Below, in pieces: positions 15,252 to 26,437 of a DNA stretch of 64,000 bases. Origin of the DNA: Pelomyxa schiedti (Eukaryota; Protista; Evosea); the NCBI GenBank assembly GCA_020536535.1, contig JAHLWZ010000016.1, positions 226,925 through 290,924 of the forward strand. The letters run 5' to 3'. The translations under genes and the position numbers were made by a program. Position 1 is the first letter of the stretch; each line of letters opens with the position of its first letter. The notes beneath the pieces were generated by a model, which did no database searches, was not told where the DNA came from, and saw nothing but the letters and a program-made list of their open reading frames with translations.

Positions 15252-16126
15252 ATGATAAAGCTGAAACGTTCGTTCGCTAGCATGAACATCACCCCTCCAT
15301 CTTTCCCGAGTGGCGAACAAAACAGCTCTGACGATGAAAACGAGACTCCTGTGAACACTACTACTACTTCCAGTGCGAACTTGCCCGCCAATTCCGCGCC
15401 TCTCGTAGCGCAGCAAGAAGTACTTGAGCCGATCGGCGCTGTGCTTTTCCAGCGCTCCTTGTCTCCTGTGAAACGCCCCCGATTGCAGTTTGAGAGTCCT
15501 TGTGCATCTGTACCTGGTATGTCACTTTCTCCCTGTATTTTGTTTTACAGTTTCAATTCCTAATTGCTGTACTTTGCAGCTACTCCGCCCCCTTCCCCGC
15601 GTGACGGTGTACGAGTGTATAGAAGGGACGTGGAATCTGCTTTTGCTGCTGTGAAAGTTCCTCCTCCTGGTAAGTGATTCGGTTTATTTGCACTTGGTAA
15701 CGTGGTTATAGAAGATGTTTCCGTTTATGCCCCGACTGCAAAGAAGCCCAGGTCACGTGAAATGTGTATGACACCTCACGGTACCAGTAACACTGGCAGA
15801 ACATACACAATTGACGAAGTGGTTCACATTGTGAAAGTCGCCCTTGCTGTGAGCTTTCGAGCTTTCCACTTTTCTCCAACACTAAAACACAATTTAGGAC
15901 CAAGAGGACAAACTCAGAACCGAGTATGACAAAATTTTGCAGCAAAAACTTCAAGGTTTGCCCTCGCGCGTGCACCACTGTTCGCTAATCCCTTAATAGA
16001 GCAATTCATGTCCTTCTCCAAGTTCAATGAAGACTATGTATCCCATCGCATGCGTGAAAGGTAAACAACAAAACCACATGTTTGTAACCCTAATGTAACC
16101 CAAGGGACTTGAGTTACGTGTCATAA
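15252..16126 (+). CDS. AKIRIN: Akirin
   Basis: MIKLKRSF start, SPVKRPR NLS-like motif, QEDKLRTEYDKILQQKLQEQFMSFSKFNEDYVSHRMRE, C-terminal DLSYVS-stop after splicing. Confidence 0.87.
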
Positions 16127-16266
16127 TCAGACAGAGGAAGCTCATTTTGTTGTCCAGATTCTATTTGTAAAAAAAGGAAAAAAAAAAAAAGTTGATGGAC
16201 CGACCCCTTTTGTTGGGGGGAGACTCTATTAATTTGGCTGTTTCTTTTCTTTTTCTTATTTGGGGT

Positions 16267-18443
16267 CTATGGTTTGGGCCTACGGAATTTCACTGGTGGA
16301 CCTTGTAGAACTCCTCTGGGCTGTTTCACAACCAAGTCCACATCAATTCTTTTGTCTCCCCTTATCACAGTCACGGTCTTTCTTAGTGTTGTGCCGTCAT
16401 CTTTATGGTTATGTCAGAAAATAAGTAGAAAGTGGGAGGGATTGAACCTTGCAATTGCTCTTGTTTGGTGGGTATGGTATTCGTATTTGTTGGTGTTTGT
16501 TGAGCCTCAATGCTAGGTAAATTTGAAAGCTGTGTTGTAATGCCGGAAATTGGAACGGGAAGCTGGGGTGATGCCGTGGGGGTATTTATCTGAGGCGAGG
16601 TATGAACCTCTGAGACTTGGGATTTTCTTTGGCGCATAAGCTCCAGTGCTTGCTTTCTTAATTCAAGTTCTTTGAGTGATGATTGAATGTCTTCAACTGT
16701 TTCCGGTTGAGAGGGTGCTAATGGCTGGGTTTGCGGGATAGAAGGAGGTGACATGGTTTGCGCGGTGGAGGTAATTGTTGAGGATATGGTAGGTATGATG
16801 GCTAGTGATGCGATAGCTTTGTCAGCAAGCGTTTCTCGTGTTGGACCCTGTCCAATAGTTTCTGGTGGGTTATTGGTTCTTCTTTTTTTGTGTTGTAAAT
16901 CCCCGGTTGTGCCAGAGTGTGGAGGTGAACGTTTCTGTGGTATCAGCGTGTCGGAAGCCGCACTTTGGAGGTGATTTTCAGATGGCTGTCTTTGTAATAA
17001 GGCAGGTTTTTTTTATTGAGTAGTGGAAAGCAGAGAGGGATAGATGCATTAATCTTGATGAATAGGAATGAAAGTAAAGCATACTTGGTTTTGTGGAGAA
17101 TTAGTAAGTGCATCAACATCAACAATCTCAGGTTGGGACTCATTGACTGGTCTTACTGCAGTGATTGTACTGGAAACTTTGTGGCGAGGAACCTCAGTGC
17201 TTTCTCTATCACTCCTTTCTACTTCTCTGTCATTCCTATATGAATGAGTAGGGGTGCCTCGAGGGGAATGGTCGTGGCGATGACGGGTATCGCGGTATTT
17301 ATCATGTACCCATTCCTCCCGTGTTGGTGAGTCATATGTATGTCCCTTGTGAAATCGGTCAGAACTGGGTTCTTCACACCGTGTATAGTGCCCGGTTCTG
17401 TGTTGTGGGAGTCGGTCATCCCTATCGGAATAGTGCGTTTCTCGGTCTCTATGGTGGCTGTATCTCCCCGAATGTGCCGCTGAACTGTGGCGACTTGATG
17501 GATATCTTTCGTAGTGGCTTCGGGCCACATCACTATCGCCTGTTGCGTGTCTCTCTCCTCTTTCTCTCTCTGCCCTACCACAAGCGCCATTACCTTCAGA
17601 ACTATTGTGTGAGTGTGAAGACACTATCTCTGAAGGGGGAGAGATGGTTCCCTCCTCCTGGCGTCCCACAATTGGAGAAGGCCATTGGGTTTCTCGCACA
17701 TCAGGCGGCCTGCTATCCATACATCTAGAGTCAGAACCAACACCAGAACTTGAAGCTGAGACTGAGCTCGAGCTAGAACCAGGTTGGTGCACATGGTCTG
17801 GGTTCATTTTCAGTGGTATTTCAAGTGATTCTCCTTTGCTCTCACTGTCCCTTCTGGTCTTCTCTGACTTCCCATGATTCTTTTTCACTTTGGGTTTTCC
17901 CTTCCGCTTTGTGTGCGGGACTTTACTTATAGATTCGGCGTCATTGTCACTGTCGCTGCTTTCACTCGACGAAGAAGATGACGAATCAGAGGGTTCACTT
18001 TCAGAACTAGAGTCAGACTCCTCGTCGTCAGAAGATGAATCAGAGTCAGATGACTTGGCCTTTGCTTTCTTCTTCTTTTTGTGTTTGTGCTTCTTGCGCT
18101 TCTTCTTGTCTTTTTCCTTTTCCTTCTCCTTTTCTTTGTCCTTTTTCTTGTGCTTATGCTTGTGCTTCTTCTTGTTCTTTTTGTGCTTGTCGCCCTTATC
18201 CTTTTTTTCCTTCGCCTTGCCATTTGCCCCGTCGCCGCCGTCCTTGCCGCCTTTTTTCTTTTTCATCTTCTTGTCCCTGTGCTTTTTGCACCTTTGTAGA
18301 TACTGCTGCATGCCCCTCGCCAGCTCCGCGTCCTCCATCGCGGTGCTGTCCAGTCCGTGCTGCTGCGTGGCCTTCATTCGCGTCATCAGTTGGTCCTCCA
18401 GCTCTTTCTTGGCCAGAGCCTCGAACTCGTCATTGATCGACAT
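16267..18443 (-). CDS. Hypothetical Lys/Ser/Arg/His-rich low-complexity (likely nuclear) protein
   Basis: 464-aa ORF with poly-Lys and S/D/E tracts; further exons end KTVTVIRGDKRIDVDL...RRPKP-stop. Confidence 0.6.
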
Positions 18444-18957
18444 CGGGGAGTTTTATTTTTTTTTTTGGCTTTCTTTTTTTTGTGTTTGGAACATTTGATC
18501 ATGGGCGTTGTGGTTGGGACCTAGAGACTGTTGGTCACTGTCTAGTGTGTTCACTGTCGCAGTAGAATGCAGTGTCATTCTGGTTACCAGGGCGCACGCA
18601 ATAACCGCGAAAGTATGAACAAGAAGCTCTTGCCAACACAAACAGCACGTTGGAAATGATAACTCTGCCCCCATAATTTACATGGATAACACCTTGCTCC
18701 CAGAATTCGAAATTATGAACAAGAAGCTCATGCCCAACAAATGATACACTTTGGCATCTTCGAGCGAATTTAATGCATGTTGCTGTGGCACAAATGCTCT
18801 TCAGAAACACTACCCAGCAACATTACATACACCACAACAGACTTCCTCTTGTAGGCACTGGCTTGTAAATGACTTTGTTTACAAAAAAACCTCTTTTTTT
18901 TCTATGTCGTGTTGTTTTGGCTAATAAACAAAGTGTGTTTGTTGGATTTGGTGGCGG

Positions 18958-20163
18958 TCAGTGCTTGGTCTTGTCCTTGTTGCGCTTCCATGAGAAGAAT
19001 GACTGTTTGGTTTTTGTTGGAGTGGTTGGTGTTGCTGATGTGGGTGTTGGTGCTGTGGTTGATGTGGTTGTTGAGGCCGGTGCTGGTGTGGAAGAGCTGC
19101 TGGAATGTGCTGTTGGGGCCGACGACTTGGATTTTTTCTTATCCTTGGAGCGGGACCCGGTTTCCTTTTCTACTACCACTTTGATGGATTCGTGGAAAAT
19201 CTCGTTTATTCCACTCTGGGTGAGTGCCGAACACTCAAGATACGATGCGGCATTTATCTGGTCTTTCAGTTCCTCACCCTGTTTTCGTGCATTGTTTAAT
19301 TTTCAAATAAAAACCAATGCAAGCGTACTTCTTCAAGTGATATCGGTTGCTGGTGATTAGCTTCAAGTTCCCGCAGTTTTTTCATATCATTTCTTAGATC
19401 CAGTTTTGTGCCAACGAGAACCTGAAAAAAAGTTAGTAAATTTCTGGGAGGGAAAAAGTCTACAATGGGAGTATCGGGATTTGTAGAGCGAATTTCGGGA
19501 ACCCACTAACAATAAATAAGGCATTGATAAATGAATTGGATAAATACTTTTGATCTGACGTTCTCATATGAATCCCGCTGTGTAATTTCAAAACATATTA
19601 CAAAGACATCCGTATCAGGGTAGCTACAAGTTCATGAGAAGGTTTCAAAGTAATGAAAGGAGAGAAACCTCAAAGGGCGAAGTTTGTCATAACTAAAGAG
19701 AGGAATGGTTAGTAAGAATATCCGCAAGTTTATTTAATTTGATTACTTACTCTTCTTGTCCAGCTGTATCCTAAAAGAGAAAAAAATGGGTACACAGAAT
19801 AACGACAGGTAGGCATACCCAAAGAACAAGGTTCACTGGCTTGTTTTGGTACATTTCTATGGCATTGAAGTTGTCAAAGACCTGGCTCAGTGTAAAAAGA
19901 AACTCAAGGCGGAGAATGAGGAGGGAACAAACTGTTGGCACATAAACTTTGGGGAAGGCGTGGCTTTAGTGGCGGGAATTTTGGTTATTTGAGACAACAC
20001 CGAGGATATTGAAAATAAAGGAGTACTCACGTAGTATAAGAGATCAACAAACTCTAAAACAGAATTAGAATAGGAAAAAGAAAAGAAGAAAATTACGCAC
20101 CGTCTTCCCCACAGCGCCGTCACCGACAAGAACTATTTTTACACTCTTTTTTATACCGGCCAT
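18958..20163 (-). CDS. Rho/Rac-family small GTPase, 10 exons, no CAAX box
   Basis: [63 protein letters not shown]; Ser/Thr-rich tail ending SFFSWKRNKDKTKH-stop. Confidence 0.92.
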
Positions 20164-20568
20164 ACAACACGCTACTTTTTTCCCTCAATCGACTACAACG
20201 GGCGTTGTGCGTTGCGCGTGGTTGTTTATTTTGTTTATTTGAAGTTTTTCCCGTATTTGCTTTTCTCCGCGAAGACAAAATATTTCAACCCGCAATTTCA
20301 GCCTCTTTTTTCCCTTTCTGAATAATCGCCTTTTCCTGAAGTACCAATTGATTTCCTGAGTGGTCTTGTTCCCATCGTACTCTCCTCGGCTTGGGATTTG
20401 GAGGTGAATACCTTGGCAGATCAGTGGATCCTCACTGTTTCCTTCTGCCCTTATATAGCCAGAAGAAAATCTCATCGCACAATAGCACCCCAAAACCTTG
20501 ATTTTAACGGCTTCCAACATCAAAAAGCCGAAATGCAACCTTTATCTCCTTGGAATTAATAAAAAAAG

Positions 20569-23293
20569 ATGGTAAACACAAAGATCGTACCTTGTTGTGT
20601 GTTTCTGCTGTGCCTCTTTGGGTGCACTACAGAACAAGCAAATGACAGCTGCGACGTCGCCTTTCAGATACCAAGCCTACCATGGGGGGGAACAATGACA
20701 ACAGAATCCTCGGAGCCTTCTGAATTCTACTGCTATTTGAACCCCGTGTACACGTCTTTGCCAGGTGCATCTGTGTGCATTGCTCGTGTGAATTACAGGC
20801 GAAACTTATCAAAACTGTCCTATTCTATTGAAGTGTTGTTAACAGACCCGCAGGGGCATATTTGCAGTATACTGCAACACAAGACACTATTTTGACAGCT
20901 ACGACGTGTGGAGGAATCGTCGGAACAGACACAACGATTTACGTGTTCACGGACTGTTCCAAGGGCATAGCTGGAACCTGCATTGGATTTAATGACGATT
21001 ACTGTGATGATTTGAGCCAGGTCAGTTGGGACGCTGTTGCTGGCACCACATATTACATTATGGTCGCTGGATTCAAGGGGACGACCGGTTCCTTCACATT
21101 CTATCTCAGGGACACAGGTTCTCCTATTAAATTCTCTAAATACAAGAGTTCCTTACAACAGTTAGGTTCTCCTGAGATTCTGAATGACGTGTGCACCGAA
21201 GCTGAAGCAATTACGGCACTTCCTTTTTCTTTCACTGGAAATAATGAGGACTCTGTTACAATTAGAACGGGATGCATGGATACTAACTATGCAGGTATGT
21301 CACCTAGAAACTACTCAGGAAAACATCACATTCGAAAAAGGTTTGTGGTTCTCTGTCGTTGGAACTGGAATAGAGATCAAGGCTTCAACATGTGAAAATC
21401 CAATGGTGGATACCGTAATTGAAATTTATAGTGACTGTGACGGAACATGTGTTGCCTGGGTACATCCAGAATTGTCTCCTTCACTACTCATGCTTCTAGA
21501 ATGACGACAGTTGCTCAACACAATCTGACGTTCTTTGGACTGCTAAGGAAGGCGTCACATACTATATCTTCGTAGCTACTTTCAACCTGATCCGTGGGGA
21601 GTTTACTTTGACCGTGGATTATTGTGTGCCTTGGCGTTTTTCCGTCTATTTCTCACTTCTTTCTTTTAGACAACTCCCCCTCATTTCATGACTGCCAGGA
21701 CGCACAGAAAATAGAGGCACTTCCTTTCAAGACTACTGCCTCCACAGCCAACACCCCAACGTCATACAGTACCTGTACCAGCACTAATCAAAACGGTATC
21801 AATTTTGTGGCCCGCTTTCCTGTCTCACACTTGTCAGCTCTGTGGTACATAGTTGCTGGAACTGGCGATAGATTCACGGCCTGGACATGCACAGACGATA
21901 ACTATGTATTTTTTCCTACACTCCCATCGAGTTGTTTATATCCTCAGGCTTACGACACTATTCTCGATGTATACAGCGACTGTGATGAAAATGCAATTGC
22001 TCAAGGGTGCATTGGATATTCTGACGATTTCTGTGGACTGAATTCAAAAGTACTAAATCCCACGCTCATAATGATTTACCTTCTTCAGGTTGAATGGGAG
22101 ACTTACGCTGGCAAGTTCTACTATATATCAGTAGCTGGTTTTAGGTCCGGCGTGACGGGTGTTACTTTCTCACTTACAGTTGAAATAGGTGTGTTGGTTG
22201 TTTCGGATAGAGATAGTTCACTAACTAAAACCTCAAGTCAAAGATTCTGATAATTCTCTCTGCTGGTCAGCTGCCCCAGTAACGGCACTGCCTACTAGTT
22301 TCTCTCAATCAACTGCCGATGCGGAACTCACGATTGGGGGTTGTACCACTCAGCCTACTTCAAGACCAGGTTTCTCTGTAAGCTTTGCTAGGTGGACTAA
22401 ATCCAGTAATGAAAGGACGCTGGTTCGAAGTTACACTTCCCGATGGCGCGAGCAATGCGTTTGCCTCAGTATGCAATGCTGAGACAACAACCCCATTTTC
22501 AATTGAGGTTTATTCAAGCTGCACAATGTCAGGGTGCCTTACCCAGAGGTGCATTATCTTTCGTTCTCAATTGGGTTCACTCATTACGCCTTCTATTGTA
22601 GTGATTCTACCGCATGTGATGGAAAAGGTACTGTTGAGTGGCCAGCAATAGCCAGCCGATCATACTGGGTATTTGTTACAGCGGGAGTTGACGTAACTGG
22701 AGACTTCAAGATAGATTTCTATGAAGGTATGTTCGCCTTTCTCACTGTTCCAGATTCTCAATACACACAGAGGAATCAAATCCGAATAGTGAATGTGTAA
22801 ATGCCATTCCCCTTGAAGTTCCTTCCACAGTTACAGGGGACACTACCTCTTCTTCTTATTCATATTCACCATGTTACGCCAACCAAGTTCGAGGCATGTA
22901 CCTTTTGTTTTCTTGGCACCTGGGCTCTTACCTGCTAATACTCACAAAGGTATATGGTACTCTGTGGTGGGGAACGGGAGGAAGATGACAATCAGCACTT
23001 GTTCGGAGTCCACCAACTTTGACACTGTGATCTCTGTTGTCCAATCATGTTCCAACGTCACAGGCAACTGCATAGGCTACTGTGATGACTACTGTGGTCC
23101 CCAGTCAGAAATGTCCTGGGTTTCAGAGATTGGAAGGACCGACTACATCTTGGTGAATGGGTTTGGCACTGCGTCTGGGCAGTTTTTGCTAAATATCTTT
23201 GATGGTGAGTTGCCTGTTTCTTTTTTTGTGTTTTCACCAAACTAATTGCACTCAGACTCTGGCTTCTGGATACCAAAGAAAATCCACCCTTGA
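20569..23293 (+). CDS. Secreted protein made of five ~125-aa Cys-containing beta-rich repeats
   Basis: Signal peptide; each repeat has ND.C..A..I.aLP, G/A-L-W-Y/F, STC, DT.i.vys.C, C..DD.C, W....G.tYYI.V.G. Confidence 0.8.
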
Positions 23294-23353
23294 ATCCCGT
23301 TCAAATTCAAAATAACTTATTTTCACCCAACATTAGTTTGCAAATGGTGTTGC

Positions 23354-24521
23354 TCAGTTGTGTGTAATGGTTATCTTTGAGGAGGACACTGTCATTGAGC
23401 CACTGCACATGGTTGAAGAAGGAGTTGACCACGCTGGGGTTATTGTTACCCCATTTGTGTCAGTCATACCTGAATTAAAAGGAGGGTTTAGTAAGAAAAG
23501 TGCATTTATGTAGGAGTGCTTTGCGTCGTTGGGGTGGATAGTAACTGTAAGAGCTGAAGGTAAATGTTCCAGTGGCAAAGTACGAGCAGGTTGTGGCATA
23601 GTATACTTCAAGTGTTACATCAGCCCAATCAAACAAACGGCTGTTCTGCGCTACTTTCAGAAGGCTTGTCTGTCCAAGGGCCTGGGAGGTGATAGCGCAG
23701 GTACCACCTGAAACATCAAGCTTGCCGAAATATGTGCCCCCTGGTTGGAGACCGGATATTGTGGAGCCTTGCCACGTTTGGCCACTTGGGCAGCAGTTCC
23801 AACTAGAAGAAATGAATAGGAGATACGGAATCAGAAGGGAAAAAAAAAAAAAGCAAACCTGCAGAATGTCCACTGGTTGACTGCCCATGCTAGAACCGGC
23901 TGGAGAATGCTAAGTTCTCCATTGTCGATATTTTCAGCTCCAATGAAGTAGTACAGGTACTGGCCAGTTGCAGTAGGATTCGTTGGGCAGATAGTGTAGC
24001 TACTTTCGAAGTGGCCAACGTTCTTGGGAGAAGTAGTGTACCCCACATTATCCAACCAACCATCATATTCTAAGGGTTTGAGAATGAGAGGAAAGAAAAA
24101 CAAAATTCTTGTTGAAGTACATACGAAGCTTGTTTGTTGCGTTTCTCCTTGCAATATGTCTAGCAGTAATTTCCTTTGCCGCAGCAACGCACGACGGCTT
24201 CTCTTCGACAAACCTTCAGAGTTATTGTAGTGCTTTTTGAGTCAAATGATTAACCCCACTCTGGAAACTTACCTAAGCAACTTCCCAGCTTCGTCACGGA
24301 GTTCCACACCCCCAGCAACAGGATGTATGATCTCATTCTCACCAGCTGTTTCGCGTTATATCACAGGAAACGGAAGAAATTGGGTGTTTGGTTCAGGAAA
24401 AAAAAGGGAGGGAAAACCTCAAACCTTGGTGAACGCACTCCTCTGGCATATCACCAAATGGTGTCATCACACACGCCACACAAGCAACACCAACCGCAAA
24501 CAACACAAAACCTCTCTTCAT
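23354..24521 (-). CDS. Secreted hypothetical protein, possible concanavalin-A/peptidase G1-like fold
   Basis: Signal peptide MKRGFVLFAVGVACVAC, TPFG..EECVHQ, YDGWLD, YYFIGAEN, ILQPVLAW, SWNCCP, VTLEVY. Confidence 0.6.
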
Positions 24522-24674
24522 TCCAAACCGATTTGAAATTTTTTTCTGCTATCCGCGGTGAAAAGTGCAAGGCAAATCTCGAAAACTAGAGCGACGGAGT
24601 GCTCAGTACTGCCTCCAATCGCACAACATACCATGGTGCCACGCCCACAGTAGTTCCTCAGGAGTTCCCGCAGA

Positions 24675-26333
24675 ATGGATCTCAGAAAAGAGGATGATTC
24701 TACTGCCTCCTTCCAGCCCCAAGTTGGAGTGCACTTTTTGTGCACAACGGGGACAAACGAGGTTCACACCTCCTGTGGTAGTTCCACCTCCTTTTTTTTT
24801 CCTAAACAAATCAGTCAGTCTCACACACCTCCCATGAAGAAGCACATTCATGGAGTTCATGCATCGGTGACAGGCACTCTGATGTGCACCCCGCAGGGTT
24901 CACTCTTGGTACGCCGTCTCTTGCTTCCTTTTGTTGGCTTGTTTCCAACACACAAAAAATAGGGGTTTGTTATTGATCTTAGAAGTGGGGGTGTCACATT
25001 TCGTGCAGTGAAACTGTACCATGAACTTCACACAATGCATGATATGGTAAATGGGTTAGAAAATTTTGAAAAAAAGTGGCACTCACTCAATTCTAAATGA
25101 AAGCTTGCTGCTGTGACTGTGGGTCTGCCAAAATTTCCTCCTTTGACTGCTGACCTAAGCAGCCCACCTGCTGTAGTTAAATCTGGTGATCATATGCTCT
25201 AGTACAACCCTATGATTAGTTTGTCGAATTCACTTGTCGTAGTTACTTGCGTGCTCTGTTAAAACTACCCTCTGTGCTAGGATGTGAGATTCTCCACCAA
25301 ACACTCCAGCTGTCTCCAGAAATGAAATGTGCAATGATGGAATATGGCCGAGGTCTCATAATTGTGGTATTCCACTAGCTCCAATTTGAAATCTTAAACG
25401 TGGTTTGAAAGAAAGAAAGAGAAAAAGATCTCCAAAGGCAAGAAGAAACATTGAAAATTGCACAAGCTGATTATGTACAAGCTCAAAACTTTCACCTTGT
25501 GGGTGAGCAACTTACTAACTAATAGTCACATTCCTCACATCTGACTGCCTAAATAAACAGCTACGGGAAAAAGTCCTCCAGTAATGGATGAAGCAAACAG
25601 AAACCTATTACTTCCCAAATCAGATTCACCTCCTGTCACTGCATCCCCTCCAACAACTGTAAATTCATACAACACCATCCCGGCCCTGTTTTTCACGCAT
25701 TCATTGAGATTTGTCATTCCTGTTGACTTTTGGGAAACCAGGCCCATAATACAGGATACCCTGTCTCGGGATTGGTTTGCCTTGTCACAAACCAAAATTC
25801 ACCCATTCAGTATAAAGTTCGTTTTACGTAAACCTATCTCAAACTTACCTACACACAGTCTGCAATTATACTCTTTGAACAACATGTCAGGAATACCATT
25901 GATATGGCTTGCCTTTAATACAGGCACGCCACTTGTCAGTGTCAGTATTTATGAAGGCCTCGCTGACAAATCCCTGATCAACCCGTACCTCACCTCGCCA
26001 TTATGCTGTGTAACGAAGCAGATAGCCGAGAAGCACGGACCTGCAATTTACACTGTAGCAGCACCAAACAAACCCCCAGGTGAATTGCATCTTCCCCACA
26101 TTCCGCCCTAACAGTTTGATTCAGTTACATGCTCAGGACTTTGGGCTCTGGGCTTTCGAATACATGAACACACCAGAGCGGGAGAGGTGATGGCGGTAAT
26201 GGTTACTAGGCATGAAGGCACCGATTCCCCCTTTGCATTCAATTTTGATGTTGCAGCCCACAAAGATATTCTGTTTTACTTGGCTATTGGTGCCGCAATA
26301 GACCGCCTTCATAGTGGTGTTCGTGGCTTGTAA
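24675..26333 (+). CDS. PX-like domain + short coiled coil + LURP-one/Tubby-C (scramblase-like) domain protein; start uncertain
   Basis: Spliced: AVKLYHELHTMHDML...LPKFPPL...YYLRALLKLPSVLGCEILHQTL (PX pattern); C-terminus TCSGLWALGFRI...FNFDVAAHKDILFYLAIGAAIDRL. Mostly missed by the ORF track. Confidence 0.6.
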
Positions 26334-26437
26334 AAATAAATAGGGAAAAAAGCTCCACTATTTCTGTAAAAAGAAAACTCTCTATTCTGTTTTTATTTTC
26401 CCGTTCCAAAGTAATTAGCTCACAATTGGATTGATTT

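Noticed and set aside
17890-18498. Hydrophobic Phe/Leu/Ser-rich + strand ORFs resembling membrane proteins
   Set aside because: Antisense of the poly-Lys coding tract.
18614-18735. Direct repeats as a CRISPR-like array
   Set aside because: Only two copies, ~79-nt spacer, eukaryotic context, no cas genes.
18823-18960. Possible TGA readthrough/selenocysteine extension of the Rho GTPase (open ~44 more codons)
   Set aside because: Extension gives no CAAX or recognisable motif and no convincing SECIS; TGA is an ordinary stop in other genes here.
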